Source of the DNA: a bacterium
Lineage (GTDB): Bacteria > Verrucomicrobiota > Verrucomicrobiia > Limisphaerales > UBA8199
Direction: 5' to 3'
DNA length: 64,000 bases
Assembly (NCBI GenBank): GCA_021784555.1
Contig: JAJYHY010000001.1
Span: 14,167 to 78,166, forward strand
Below the pieces are notes generated by a model that ran no database searches, was not told the origin of the DNA, and worked only from the letters and a program-made list of their open reading frames with translations. Position 1 is the first letter of the stretch; each line of letters starts with the position of its first letter. Shown piece after piece: positions 52,935-61,202 of the stretch. A program made the translations under genes and the position numbers.

Positions 52935-53963
52935 TCAGCGCTTGATGGCTGGGGAAGCGGGAGCGGCGCCGGTGCTGTTTCGGACGATGAGATCGACGGG
53001 CAACGGCTTCTGCGTGGGACGCCGGCCCAGGAGAACCTGGCGCATGGCGGCCACTGCTTCCGAACCGAGGCGGGAAACCGGTTCGTTGAGGGTGGTCAAC
53101 GGGACGCGAAAACATTCACCAGCCTGGGTATTGCCGAAGCCGGTCAGCGAGAGGTGTTGGGGGATGCTCACGCCCTGGCTCAGGAGGACGCCGGCGCAGC
53201 CGAGGGCGACGGAGTCGTTGACCGCCTGAACGGCGGTGGCAGGGCGCGATTCATGAAGCAACTGGCGGGCGGCGGTGCGTCCGTCCTCAATGGTGTGGCC
53301 GGCCTGAAAGACGAGGTTGTCATCCACTTCGAGCCCGGCCTCTCTCAGGGCGAGGCGATAGCCCTCGAACCGCTCCTGCGCCCAGGGGGCGCCTTGAGGT
53401 CCGGCCAGGAAGGCAATCCGGTTATGGCCGAGCTTGAGCAGGTGCTTAGCGGCAATGTAACCCCCCGCCCGGTCGTCAATTTCAACGGCAGGGAACTGCG
53501 TGCAGAAACCGGGCGGATGGCCGAGGACCACGGTGGGAGTGCCGCGGGCGAGCAGTTCGGTATAGATGGGGGCGTCGTCTGAGAGGCGGCTAGCCGGGGC
53601 AATAAACAGGCCATCCACACGCCGCGCCAGCAGCCGGCGAACGCAGGCCTCCTCGCGCTCGGCCAGGCCCAAGGTGTGGGCCAGGAGGAGATCGTAGCCT
53701 AACTCATAAGCGCGCTGTTCGATGGCCAGGATGAGCGGCGTCAGCCCCGGCTCGGCGGCGGAGCTCAGCACCAGGCCGAAGAGCTTGGTGGTGCGCGTGC
53801 GCAGTCCCTGGGCCGAGGAGTCGGGCACGTAGCCGAGTTGCTGGGCCAGGAGTTTGACCCGCGCCTTGGTGGCGTCGGAGACATCCGGCCCGTCGCGCAA
53901 GGCCTTCGAAACGGTCATGATCGAGACGCCCGCCCGCTCCGCGATGTCCTTGAGTCGAACCAT
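52935..53963 (-). CDS. LacI-family transcriptional regulator
   Basis: MVRLKDIAERAGVSIMTVSKALRD HTH followed by a periplasmic-binding-like effector domain. Confidence 0.92.
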   Translation of the reverse strand: MVRLKDIAERAGVSIMTVSKALRDGPDVSDATKARVKLLAQQLGYVPDSSAQGLRTRTTKLFGLVLSSAAEPGLTPLILAIEQRAYELGYDLLLAHTLGLAEREEACVRRLLARRVDGLFIAPASRLSDDAPIYTELLARGTPTVVLGHPPGFCTQFPAVEIDDRAGGYIAAKHLLKLGHNRIAFLAGPQGAPWAQERFEGYRLALREAGLEVDDNLVFQAGHTIEDGRTAARQLLHESRPATAVQAVNDSVALGCAGVLLSQGVSIPQHLSLTGFGNTQAGECFRVPLTTLNEPVSRLGSEAVAAMRQVLLGRRPTQKPLPVDLIVRNSTGAAPASPAIKR

Positions 53964-53966
53964 GGT

Positions 53967-54857
53967 TTAGATGGTTGCCCCGCGCCAGTGCAGTTTACGG
54001 CGCAAGGTTTCGCAGAACGAACTGCTCTTGAGATGCATCAGGCGGACGGCGCGTCGGCTCCGGTGAACCGTTATCTGGTCGCCGCAAGCCAGCTCGGTGA
54101 CGACCTGTCCGTCCGCGCTCAGAATGGTAGCCGGTTTTTGGCTGATAATCTGCACCTCAATCTTGGCCGAGAGCGGGACGATGAGCGCGCGGTTGGAGAG
54201 GGTATGGGGGCAGATCGGCGTAATAGCCAGGACGCTGGCGGTGGGGAAGACCACCGCGCCGCCCGCCGCCAGCGAGTAGGCGGTCGAACCGGTAGCGGAA
54301 CTGACTATGAGGCCGTCGCAGCGATAGCGAGTCAGCAGGTCGCCATCGACGCGGACCTCAAGCTCGATGAGCCGCGAGATGATACCGCGGCTGATGACAA
54401 TGTCGTTCAGCGCGGTCCGTTCAATGTCCCGCCCGCCGCAGCGCCCCTCGGCCTGGATAAGGACGCGTGATTCGAATTTGAATTTCCCCTTCCATACACA
54501 CGCGAGGGCGTCGGCAAGTTCCGCCGAGGGGACGGCGGTCAGAAATCCCAAGCTGCCGATGTTGACGCCCAGGAGCGGCGTGCGCGAGCCGGCGATTTCC
54601 CGCGCGATGCGCAAGATGGTGCCGTCACCGCCGAAAACCAGCAGCAGGTCCGCGGCGCGGGCCAGCGCGGCGGCGTTGGGGCAAACGGCGGTGTTGAGGT
54701 CGAGAGGGGCGAGGCGGGCGGTTTCAGCATCGCTGTAAAGGGTTCTGCCCGCCCTGGCAACCAGGCGCGCGGCCTCCGCCAGAACGTCGAAGCAGGCGGC
54801 CTTGCCGGCGTTTGCAATCAGCCCCACGTTTCGAATCTTATCGGCCAGTGTTTTCAA
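53967..54857 (-). CDS. nadK: NAD(+) kinase
   Basis: LLLVFGGDGTILR and LLGVNIGSLGFLT motifs. Confidence 0.93.
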   Translation of the reverse strand: MKTLADKIRNVGLIANAGKAACFDVLAEAARLVARAGRTLYSDAETARLAPLDLNTAVCPNAAALARAADLLLVFGGDGTILRIAREIAGSRTPLLGVNIGSLGFLTAVPSAELADALACVWKGKFKFESRVLIQAEGRCGGRDIERTALNDIVISRGIISRLIELEVRVDGDLLTRYRCDGLIVSSATGSTAYSLAAGGAVVFPTASVLAITPICPHTLSNRALIVPLSAKIEVQIISQKPATILSADGQVVTELACGDQITVHRSRRAVRLMHLKSSSFCETLRRKLHWRGATI

Positions 54858-55590
54858 GCAGCACCAGAAATTCCTTATTGCCGGCCGGCCCGAGAATGGG
54901 CGACTCGGTCACTCCGCGCCAAGCCAACCCCGGCAGCCCGGCCACGAATTCGCCCAATTCACGAATGACGCGCTCGTGGATGGCGGGGTCGCGGATAACC
55001 CCCGCCCCCCGGTCCGCCTCAAGCTTGCCGGCCTCGAACTGAGGTTTAATCAACGCCATGATTTTACCGGAGCCGGCCAACAAAGCAACGGCGGGCGGAA
55101 GGATTTTGCGCAGGGAAATGAAGGAGCAATCGATCACCACCAGGTCGGCCGGGCGAAAGGGAGCCGGAAAAGCGGCCGGAGTCAGCCAGCGGGCGTTGGT
55201 CCTTTCCATGACCACGACGCGGGGATCGCCGCGAAGCTTCCATGCCAACTGGCCTCGTCCAACATCGACGGCATAGACCCGGGCGGCGCCGCGCTGCAAA
55301 AGGCAATCGGTGAAGCCCCCGGTGGAGGCGCCCAGGTCGATGGCCGTCTGGTGCGAGGCGTCGATGCCGAAGAAGTCCAGGCCATGCTCCAACTTGTAGC
55401 CGCCGCGGCTGACGTACTTCTCCGGCGCCAGCAGCCTGATCGTGTCCGAGGGTTTAACGGGGTCGCTCGGTTTGCGGGCCGGATGGTCATTGACCTTAAC
55501 GCGGCCCGCCAGGATGGCGCGTTTGGCCTGCTCACGGCTTTGAGAGATGCCGCGTTCGACAAGAGCCTGGTCCAGGCGGGCGGTAGGCAT
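54838..55590 (-). CDS. tlyA: TlyA-family rRNA 2'-O-methyltransferase
   Basis: S4-like N-terminus RLDQALVERGISQSREQAKRAI, then YVSRGGYKLEHGLDFF...IDLGASTGGFTDCLLQRGA. Start at ATG 55590. Confidence 0.92.
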   Translation of the reverse strand: MPTARLDQALVERGISQSREQAKRAILAGRVKVNDHPARKPSDPVKPSDTIRLLAPEKYVSRGGYKLEHGLDFFGIDASHQTAIDLGASTGGFTDCLLQRGAARVYAVDVGRGQLAWKLRGDPRVVVMERTNARWLTPAAFPAPFRPADLVVIDCSFISLRKILPPAVALLAGSGKIMALIKPQFEAGKLEADRGAGVIRDPAIHERVIRELGEFVAGLPGLAWRGVTESPILGPAGNKEFLVLLENTGR

Positions 55591-55594
55591 AGCA

Positions 55595-56248
55595 TTAGAC
55601 CGGCCGCTTATCGATGAGCGATGGAGTTGCCAAGAGCAGGGCAACCACGGCCGTCAGGGCTCGCAGCGCAACGACGCCCGGGGCCAGGCAATGAGCAACC
55701 GCGTAGTCAGTGGCCAACCTCCCCGCCGCCGGATATGCTGCTGAAGCGAAAAGATCAACCGGCACAAAGACGAGGACGACCAGCACCACCGTTGCCGCCA
55801 ACCGCCAATAACCATAAGCCGCGATTTGACGCCACGGTCGCAGAAGCGCCTGCGCCAGGGAACGGGAACTCAGCACGGCCACAATCCAGAGCAGCGGACT
55901 CAGGAGCGAGACACCAACGCCTTGCCTCCCTGCTATATGAATAGGCGGTGACCCGCCGAATTGGCCCACGGCATTGCCTATCGTCCCAACCAGGCCGATA
56001 GTCACCGAGGCCAAAAGGATGTTTTGGAGCGGTAACCGGCAGCTCAACGATACGATCAACGTTGTAGCCGCTTCGACAAGGAGCAAGACCGCAAGAAGCC
56101 GAGCATCCCCTGGCACACTCCCTGGAAATGCCCATTTCGCGCATCCCAAACCCGCCAGCGCCAGGAACAGACCGAACAGCGGGCGCCGGAGCCTCACCGC
56201 ACGACCTCCATACACGCAGGCTCGCGTTCTCAAAGGCGTTTCTTGCAT
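55595..56248 (-). CDS. Hypothetical polytopic membrane protein
   Basis: About 6 hydrophobic segments. Ends 4 nt before the tlyA start and is co-directional with tlyA-nadK. Confidence 0.6.
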   Translation of the reverse strand: MQETPLRTRACVYGGRAVRLRRPLFGLFLALAGLGCAKWAFPGSVPGDARLLAVLLLVEAATTLIVSLSCRLPLQNILLASVTIGLVGTIGNAVGQFGGSPPIHIAGRQGVGVSLLSPLLWIVAVLSSRSLAQALLRPWRQIAAYGYWRLAATVVLVVLVFVPVDLFASAAYPAAGRLATDYAVAHCLAPGVVALRALTAVVALLLATPSLIDKRPV

Positions 56249-56366
56249 TGCTCCAATAGCTTATTGCATCGAAGAGCCAAATTCAGTTAAATTTGCCTCG
56301 CATGAAGCTGCCGTACCCTCAGGAAGCGGTTGTCCCTCGGAAAAAGACGGCCTATCCTCTGTCCAC

Positions 56367-56531
56367 ATGATTAAAGAGCTTGACTGCGTCGCCGTGAAGG
56401 CTGACCTCCCCAAGTAAGGGCTCGCGGCCGGTGGTGCTGGCGCGGTCGTGCATGCCCATAAAGAGATCTGGCGCGCAGTCAGGCCGCAAACCCACGCCGC
56501 CGAAGTCCTCGCCGCGCTGGGCGGTGAATAA
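56367..56531 (+). pseudogene. DUF4926-like small gene interrupted by an in-frame TAA
   Basis: MIKELDCVAVKADLPK*GLAAGGAGAVVHAHKE... follows the DUF4926 pattern (f.elD.V.L..DLPe.GL.aGd.GtVVhvy). TAA at 56415-56417 occupies codon 17. Confidence 0.5.
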
Positions 56532-56569
56532 CCGGTGAATAACTTTATATGGACATGCGTTCAGTTGTA

Positions 56570-56584
56570 GGACATGATATGTCC
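56570..56584. promoter_or_regulatory. Palindrome GGACAT-gat-ATGTCC upstream of the 392-aa hypothetical gene
   Basis: Perfect 6-bp arms, with an extra GGACAT half-site at 56551-56556. Lies 68 nt upstream of ATG 56652. Confidence 0.35.
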
Positions 56585-56651
56585 AATGCTGGGCGGTGCT
56601 GCGCTCAAGGGCGCCTGCCCCCAGTTCAACCTTAAGAGCCGGAGAAAACCT

Positions 56652-57830
56652 ATGGCGATTATGCGATTCAGACGTTTTACTAAACCCAGCCTCCTGCGCA
56701 CCGTCGGACGGACGTTGCTGGAGACATTTCTGGGCCGATTCCACGAGGACCTAGCCGCCTCCGGCTTGGAGCCGCCGGGCACGGGCCTGCCGGACGGAGA
56801 TTACTACGACGCCCTGGTCAAGCTGCTGCTGGCCCCGGAATCGTTGCCGGGCGCGCTCAACGAGGCGCTCTTTGCGATTGACGAAATGGCGACGCCCGAG
56901 GGTCAGGAACGGCTGGAAAAGGCGGTGACGGAGGCCGGTTTGGAAGTGAACTGGGCCGCGGACTCCTCCCGCGAAGAGATTGCCTTGCAGGTTTGGCTGG
57001 CCGCCCCCGAGTTGCTGACCGCCGCGCACAACCAGCAACGAATGCAGCGCCTGGCCCGATTCGAGTATTTCGGCGCGGGCGCGGTCCCGGGCAAGCGGGC
57101 TCCCTTCAACCCACCTGGCGCCGCGGCCATCCACACGCTCTGTTTGACCCTCGACGCTTGGTTTGCCCGGCATCACCGTGGACGCGAAATGGCCGCGGTG
57201 GAGATGTATCCCATCGATGGTGAATGGTGGTTCCTGGTGCAGCACGGAGACGCTTACGTGCGCGCGCCCGCGATTGAGGAACGGCAGCGCAAGGGCGTGC
57301 TCCATTTCCGTCCGGAGAGAGACGACGTAGTGGTCTATTCGCCCGAACAGGACGAAATCCGGCTCAACGCCCGCACTCGGGGCGAGCGCGACCTCTACTG
57401 CGGGGCCTTTGGCCTGATGCTGCGAGGCAGCGAGAATTATTTTTCGGAGCGGCGGACCTACACGCTGGAACCGTTGCGGCTCGATGGGGCTGGCGCTTTG
57501 GCCGTGGAGGGTATTGATACAATCTGCAAGATCACCTTGCGCGAAATCGAGGTTGTCTCAGACAACGCTGCCAACCAGTTCATTATTGAGGGCGCCAACG
57601 ACCTCTTCGAGACCTCCGCCCCGCTGCCTCCCATCCCCAGAAGCGGGCGCCTTACGCGGGCCCAATTCGATTTCCACTTCGCCGATTCTCCCCGGCCTCG
57701 GGCGGTGCAAATCCGGCTCCCCAACGTCCTCAAGCTCGGACGCCATTGCGATATCCGGGCCGTACATCGCTGGGCCTGCCAGTGCGGCTTCCGAGTGGGC
57801 CATGAACAGCGAGGTGCGGCGGAGGGTTAG
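56652..57830 (+). CDS. Hypothetical protein (392 aa), no family recognised
   Basis: ATG 56652 is preceded by GGAG (56641-56644). Uninterrupted coding-like ORF. The track start at 56574 lies upstream of the SD. Confidence 0.7.
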   Translation: MAIMRFRRFTKPSLLRTVGRTLLETFLGRFHEDLAASGLEPPGTGLPDGDYYDALVKLLLAPESLPGALNEALFAIDEMATPEGQERLEKAVTEAGLEVNWAADSSREEIALQVWLAAPELLTAAHNQQRMQRLARFEYFGAGAVPGKRAPFNPPGAAAIHTLCLTLDAWFARHHRGREMAAVEMYPIDGEWWFLVQHGDAYVRAPAIEERQRKGVLHFRPERDDVVVYSPEQDEIRLNARTRGERDLYCGAFGLMLRGSENYFSERRTYTLEPLRLDGAGALAVEGIDTICKITLREIEVVSDNAANQFIIEGANDLFETSAPLPPIPRSGRLTRAQFDFHFADSPRPRAVQIRLPNVLKLGRHCDIRAVHRWACQCGFRVGHEQRGAAEG

Positions 57831-57915
57831 ATTCTCCGCGCCCGCCCGTGAGCCGCTCGCCCCCTGCTGAATCGGGGAGCGCGCGCAGGATGAGACCGGG
57901 CTCTGTACTTGCGGG

Positions 57916-58833
57916 TTAGACCCTGGCCAATGCCTCATCCCAGTTGAACCGCCGTCCATCCTGCATCACAGCCACACCCAATCCAGCAGCCCAGCGGATC
58001 AACACTTCGGAAGCTTCTTCCCCCGCGGCCACGGCCAAGGTTTTCCAACCCTTCTTCCGCAAGAGCCCCGCACGCCGCGCCGCTCGTTCGATGTCCGAAT
58101 TATCCAGTGTCACCGACAATTCCACCACCGCGAAAACCTCCTGGCGCACTCCGGCCAACATGGCACGGCCTTTCAATATCACATCGGCCCGGAGCAACTC
58201 TTCAAATTCTTGCTCCGTCAGCACCCCTTCCAGCTCTTCGGCCAAATCGCCCGCCGGGATCACCCTCGTCCCTCTCATTACAGGGCCCAAGTACGCCGAG
58301 GCCCTTTCGCGGAACTGTAATTCAAACGTGCGTCCGTCCAGTTTGGCCAATCGCCCGTCATGCGACCGAACCGTTTCCGTCAGCGCCCGGACCGCCCTAA
58401 TCAGGTCGTCCAAACGTTCATTGGTTCGCGTCAGACCCAGGGTCAGTTCCTCGACCCGCCCAGTCAGCGCCTCAAGTCGCGCCTCGGTTCGCTTCTGCGC
58501 CTCGGCCAGTTCCTCCAGCCGCGCCTCGGTTCGTTTCTGCGCCTCGGCTAGCTCGCGCACAACCTGCTGGAGTTCTCTGAACTCGGCTTTCGTGACCGTG
58601 TTCTGTAGTTCCTCGCACACCTGTCCCAGCACAGAGGCAAGTTTGCGGGCCGCCTCCGGCGGCATTGCCTGGCTGAGATCTTCGAAGATCCTCAAGGTGT
58701 TAATCACGACATTCCCAGCGTGGCCCCGCCTGTTCCTGCTGTCAAGGCCTTTGGCCATATCTTGAGCGCATACGCAGCCTGCGCCCGGGCGCGCTGCCAT
58801 AAACCTCAAGGGCGCCGCCTCCCGGCGGCGCAA
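57916..58833 (-). CDS. Coiled-coil (DUF3782-like) plus C-terminal PD-(D/E)XK/resolvase-like domain protein
   Basis: ELAEAQKRTEARLEELAEAQKRTEARLEAL coiled coil. The C-terminus EVFAVVELSVTLDNSDIERAARRAGLL is typical of this cyanobacterial/Deinococcus-type family. The start is uncertain (58833 or 58758). Confidence 0.65.
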   Translation of the reverse strand: MRRREAAPLRFMAARPGAGCVCAQDMAKGLDSRNRRGHAGNVVINTLRIFEDLSQAMPPEAARKLASVLGQVCEELQNTVTKAEFRELQQVVRELAEAQKRTEARLEELAEAQKRTEARLEALTGRVEELTLGLTRTNERLDDLIRAVRALTETVRSHDGRLAKLDGRTFELQFRERASAYLGPVMRGTRVIPAGDLAEELEGVLTEQEFEELLRADVILKGRAMLAGVRQEVFAVVELSVTLDNSDIERAARRAGLLRKKGWKTLAVAAGEEASEVLIRWAAGLGVAVMQDGRRFNWDEALARV

Positions 58834-58895
58834 TCGAAGCCATAATGCTGGTTTCGTGCTTTACTGGGCTTGGCGATCGCGGGCAGGATGAGGCC

Positions 58896-61088
58896 ATGCT
58901 CGCTTTGCGTCTGAGAGGAATCGTCCGCTGCCTCCGTTCCGGCTGGTCCTGGACAGCCATTGTCCTCGCATCGTTGTTGCCCCAACTCGCCTGCGCCCAG
59001 GCGGACCTGCCCATCTACACCGACCACCTGGTCAACGGTTTCCAGGATTGGAGCTGGGCCACTCGAGACCTCGAAAACACGGCGCCAGTCCACTCCGGGA
59101 GCAACTCCATCCGCGTTTCCTCCGCCATGTACGAGGGCCTGTCGTTTTATCATCCCCCGTTTGACACGGCACCGTACGCCAGCTTTTCGTTTTGGGCCAA
59201 TGGCGGTGGCACCGGCGGGCAAATCCTGCAAGTGAGTGCGCAGGTCAACGGGGTTGACGAACCGCCGTATCGGCTGGGGGCCTTGTCTGCCAACCAATGG
59301 AAGCGTTTTGTGATCTCGCTCGCCTCGATTCACGCCGCCAACCAAACCGGCGTCACCCGGTTCACCCTCCAACTGGTTGGTGGCAGCACCGCCACGTTTT
59401 ACGTGGACGACATCACGCTGGTAGCCAGCCCCGCTCCCGCCCTGGTGCATATCGACGTAGATGCCAATCGCACGATTCGAACCGCTGATGCCCGGTGGTT
59501 TGGACTCAATGCGGCCGTATGGGACAACTACTTCGACACCCCGCAAACCGTCTCGCTCCTCAAGGAGATGGGCACGCGGATGCTGCGCTTCCCTGGCGGC
59601 TCATTGTCCGACGAGTATCATTGGGCCTCGAACACAACCCAGAGCAACACCTGGAGATGGGCCACTTCCTTCGACCGCTTCGCCCAGGTGGCAACCAACG
59701 TCGGCGCGCAGGCCTTCATTACTGTCAACTACGGCTCCGGCACCGCCGCGGAAGCCGCGGGCTGGGTGCGCGACTCCAATATCACCAACCATTATGGATT
59801 CAGGTATTGGGAAATTGGCAATGAGAACTACGGGACATGGGAGACCGATACCAACGCGCGTCCCAACGATCCCTACACTTATGCCGTCCGCGCCGCCGAC
59901 TACCTCCGCCAGATGAAGGCCGCAGACCCATCTATCAAGGTCGGCATCGTCGCCACCCCCGGCGAAGACAGTTCGGACAACGGCTATAAGGACCATCCCG
60001 CTTACAATTCGCGGACGGGCCAGACGCATTACGGCTGGACGCCCGTCATGCTCACGACGCTCAAGCAGCTTGGTGTGCGGCCCGATTTCCTGGTCCACCA
60101 TCGCTACCCGGAATGGTCCGGCGGAACGGGCCCGGATTGCCCGGACAGCGACCCGCTCTTGCTCCAGTCCGCCAGCGCCTGGGCGGGTGATGCCGCCGAC
60201 CTCCGCCAACAGATTAGCGACTACTTCGGCCCGGAGGGCACGAACATCGAGTTGGTCTGCACCGAAAACAACAGCGATTCAGGCGCTCAAGGCAAACAAT
60301 CCACCAGCCTGGTTAACGGCCTTTACTATGCTGACAGCTTGGGCCAATTGATGCAAAGCGAGTTCAACGCCTTCGTTTGGTGGGACCTGCGCAACGGCAC
60401 GGACCACAACGGAAGCATGGATCCGACGCTCTACGGCTGGCGCGATTACGGCGACCTCGGCATGATCGGCGGCGTTTCCACCCGCCATCCCACGTTTTAT
60501 GCCGCCAAGCTCATGCATGATTTCGTCCAACCCGGCGACACCATCGTCGGCGCCGTCACCGATTACCTTCTCCTCTCCGCTTACGGCGCAAAGGGTCCGG
60601 ACGGCAAGGCATCATTGCTTGTCATCAATCGGGATTCGACGACTAACTTTCAGGCCCAGGTCTCCTTGAACGGCTTTTTGCCAAACCCGCTCGCAACGGT
60701 CTATTCCTACGGCATCACCCAAGACGAAGCCGCGCGGACCAACGGCCCTGCCGAAGCTCAAGATATCGCCGAGACGAATTTTACAACGGCAGCCACGAAT
60801 TTCATCTATTCCTTTCCGCCGTTCTCCATGACGCTGTTCAGGTTTTCGCCCGTGGCGCCCACCCCGCCGGTTTTGGGTTTGCGCGCCCTTGGAGGACAGC
60901 CGAGCAAGCAGCTTGTGCTCGAGGTTGCCGGCCAGCCCGGGACCGGCTTTATCCTCCAGACCTCTGACGACCTGACGGCCTGGGCCCCCGTCTCAACCAA
61001 CACCCTGGCGGGCACTTCCCTGGCCATCACCAACTCGCTGCCGGCGCAAGCGACCCAACAATTTTGGCGGGCGGTCCTGGAGCAGTGA
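58896..61088 (+). CDS. Secreted clan GH-A glycoside hydrolase (arabinofuranosidase-like) with N-terminal CBM-like domain and C-terminal FWR module
   Basis: Signal SWTAIVLASLLPQLACAQA. RMLRFPGGSLSDEYHW and YWEIGNENYG match a (beta/alpha)8 acid/base motif. The C-terminus reads ...FILQTSDDLTAWAPV...QQFWRAVLEQ. Confidence 0.8.
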   Translation: MLALRLRGIVRCLRSGWSWTAIVLASLLPQLACAQADLPIYTDHLVNGFQDWSWATRDLENTAPVHSGSNSIRVSSAMYEGLSFYHPPFDTAPYASFSFWANGGGTGGQILQVSAQVNGVDEPPYRLGALSANQWKRFVISLASIHAANQTGVTRFTLQLVGGSTATFYVDDITLVASPAPALVHIDVDANRTIRTADARWFGLNAAVWDNYFDTPQTVSLLKEMGTRMLRFPGGSLSDEYHWASNTTQSNTWRWATSFDRFAQVATNVGAQAFITVNYGSGTAAEAAGWVRDSNITNHYGFRYWEIGNENYGTWETDTNARPNDPYTYAVRAADYLRQMKAADPSIKVGIVATPGEDSSDNGYKDHPAYNSRTGQTHYGWTPVMLTTLKQLGVRPDFLVHHRYPEWSGGTGPDCPDSDPLLLQSASAWAGDAADLRQQISDYFGPEGTNIELVCTENNSDSGAQGKQSTSLVNGLYYADSLGQLMQSEFNAFVWWDLRNGTDHNGSMDPTLYGWRDYGDLGMIGGVSTRHPTFYAAKLMHDFVQPGDTIVGAVTDYLLLSAYGAKGPDGKASLLVINRDSTTNFQAQVSLNGFLPNPLATVYSYGITQDEAARTNGPAEAQDIAETNFTTAATNFIYSFPPFSMTLFRFSPVAPTPPVLGLRALGGQPSKQLVLEVAGQPGTGFILQTSDDLTAWAPVSTNTLAGTSLAITNSLPAQATQQFWRAVLEQ

Positions 61089-61202
61089 GGCCCTGATCCT
61101 TGCCGGGAAAACGCCGGCTGACTTGCGGCAAGAGCAAGAAATCCCCCATTAGTTACCGCCAAACCACGGGTAGTAGCCATTGTGGCGAGGGATCAGGGGC
61201 AA

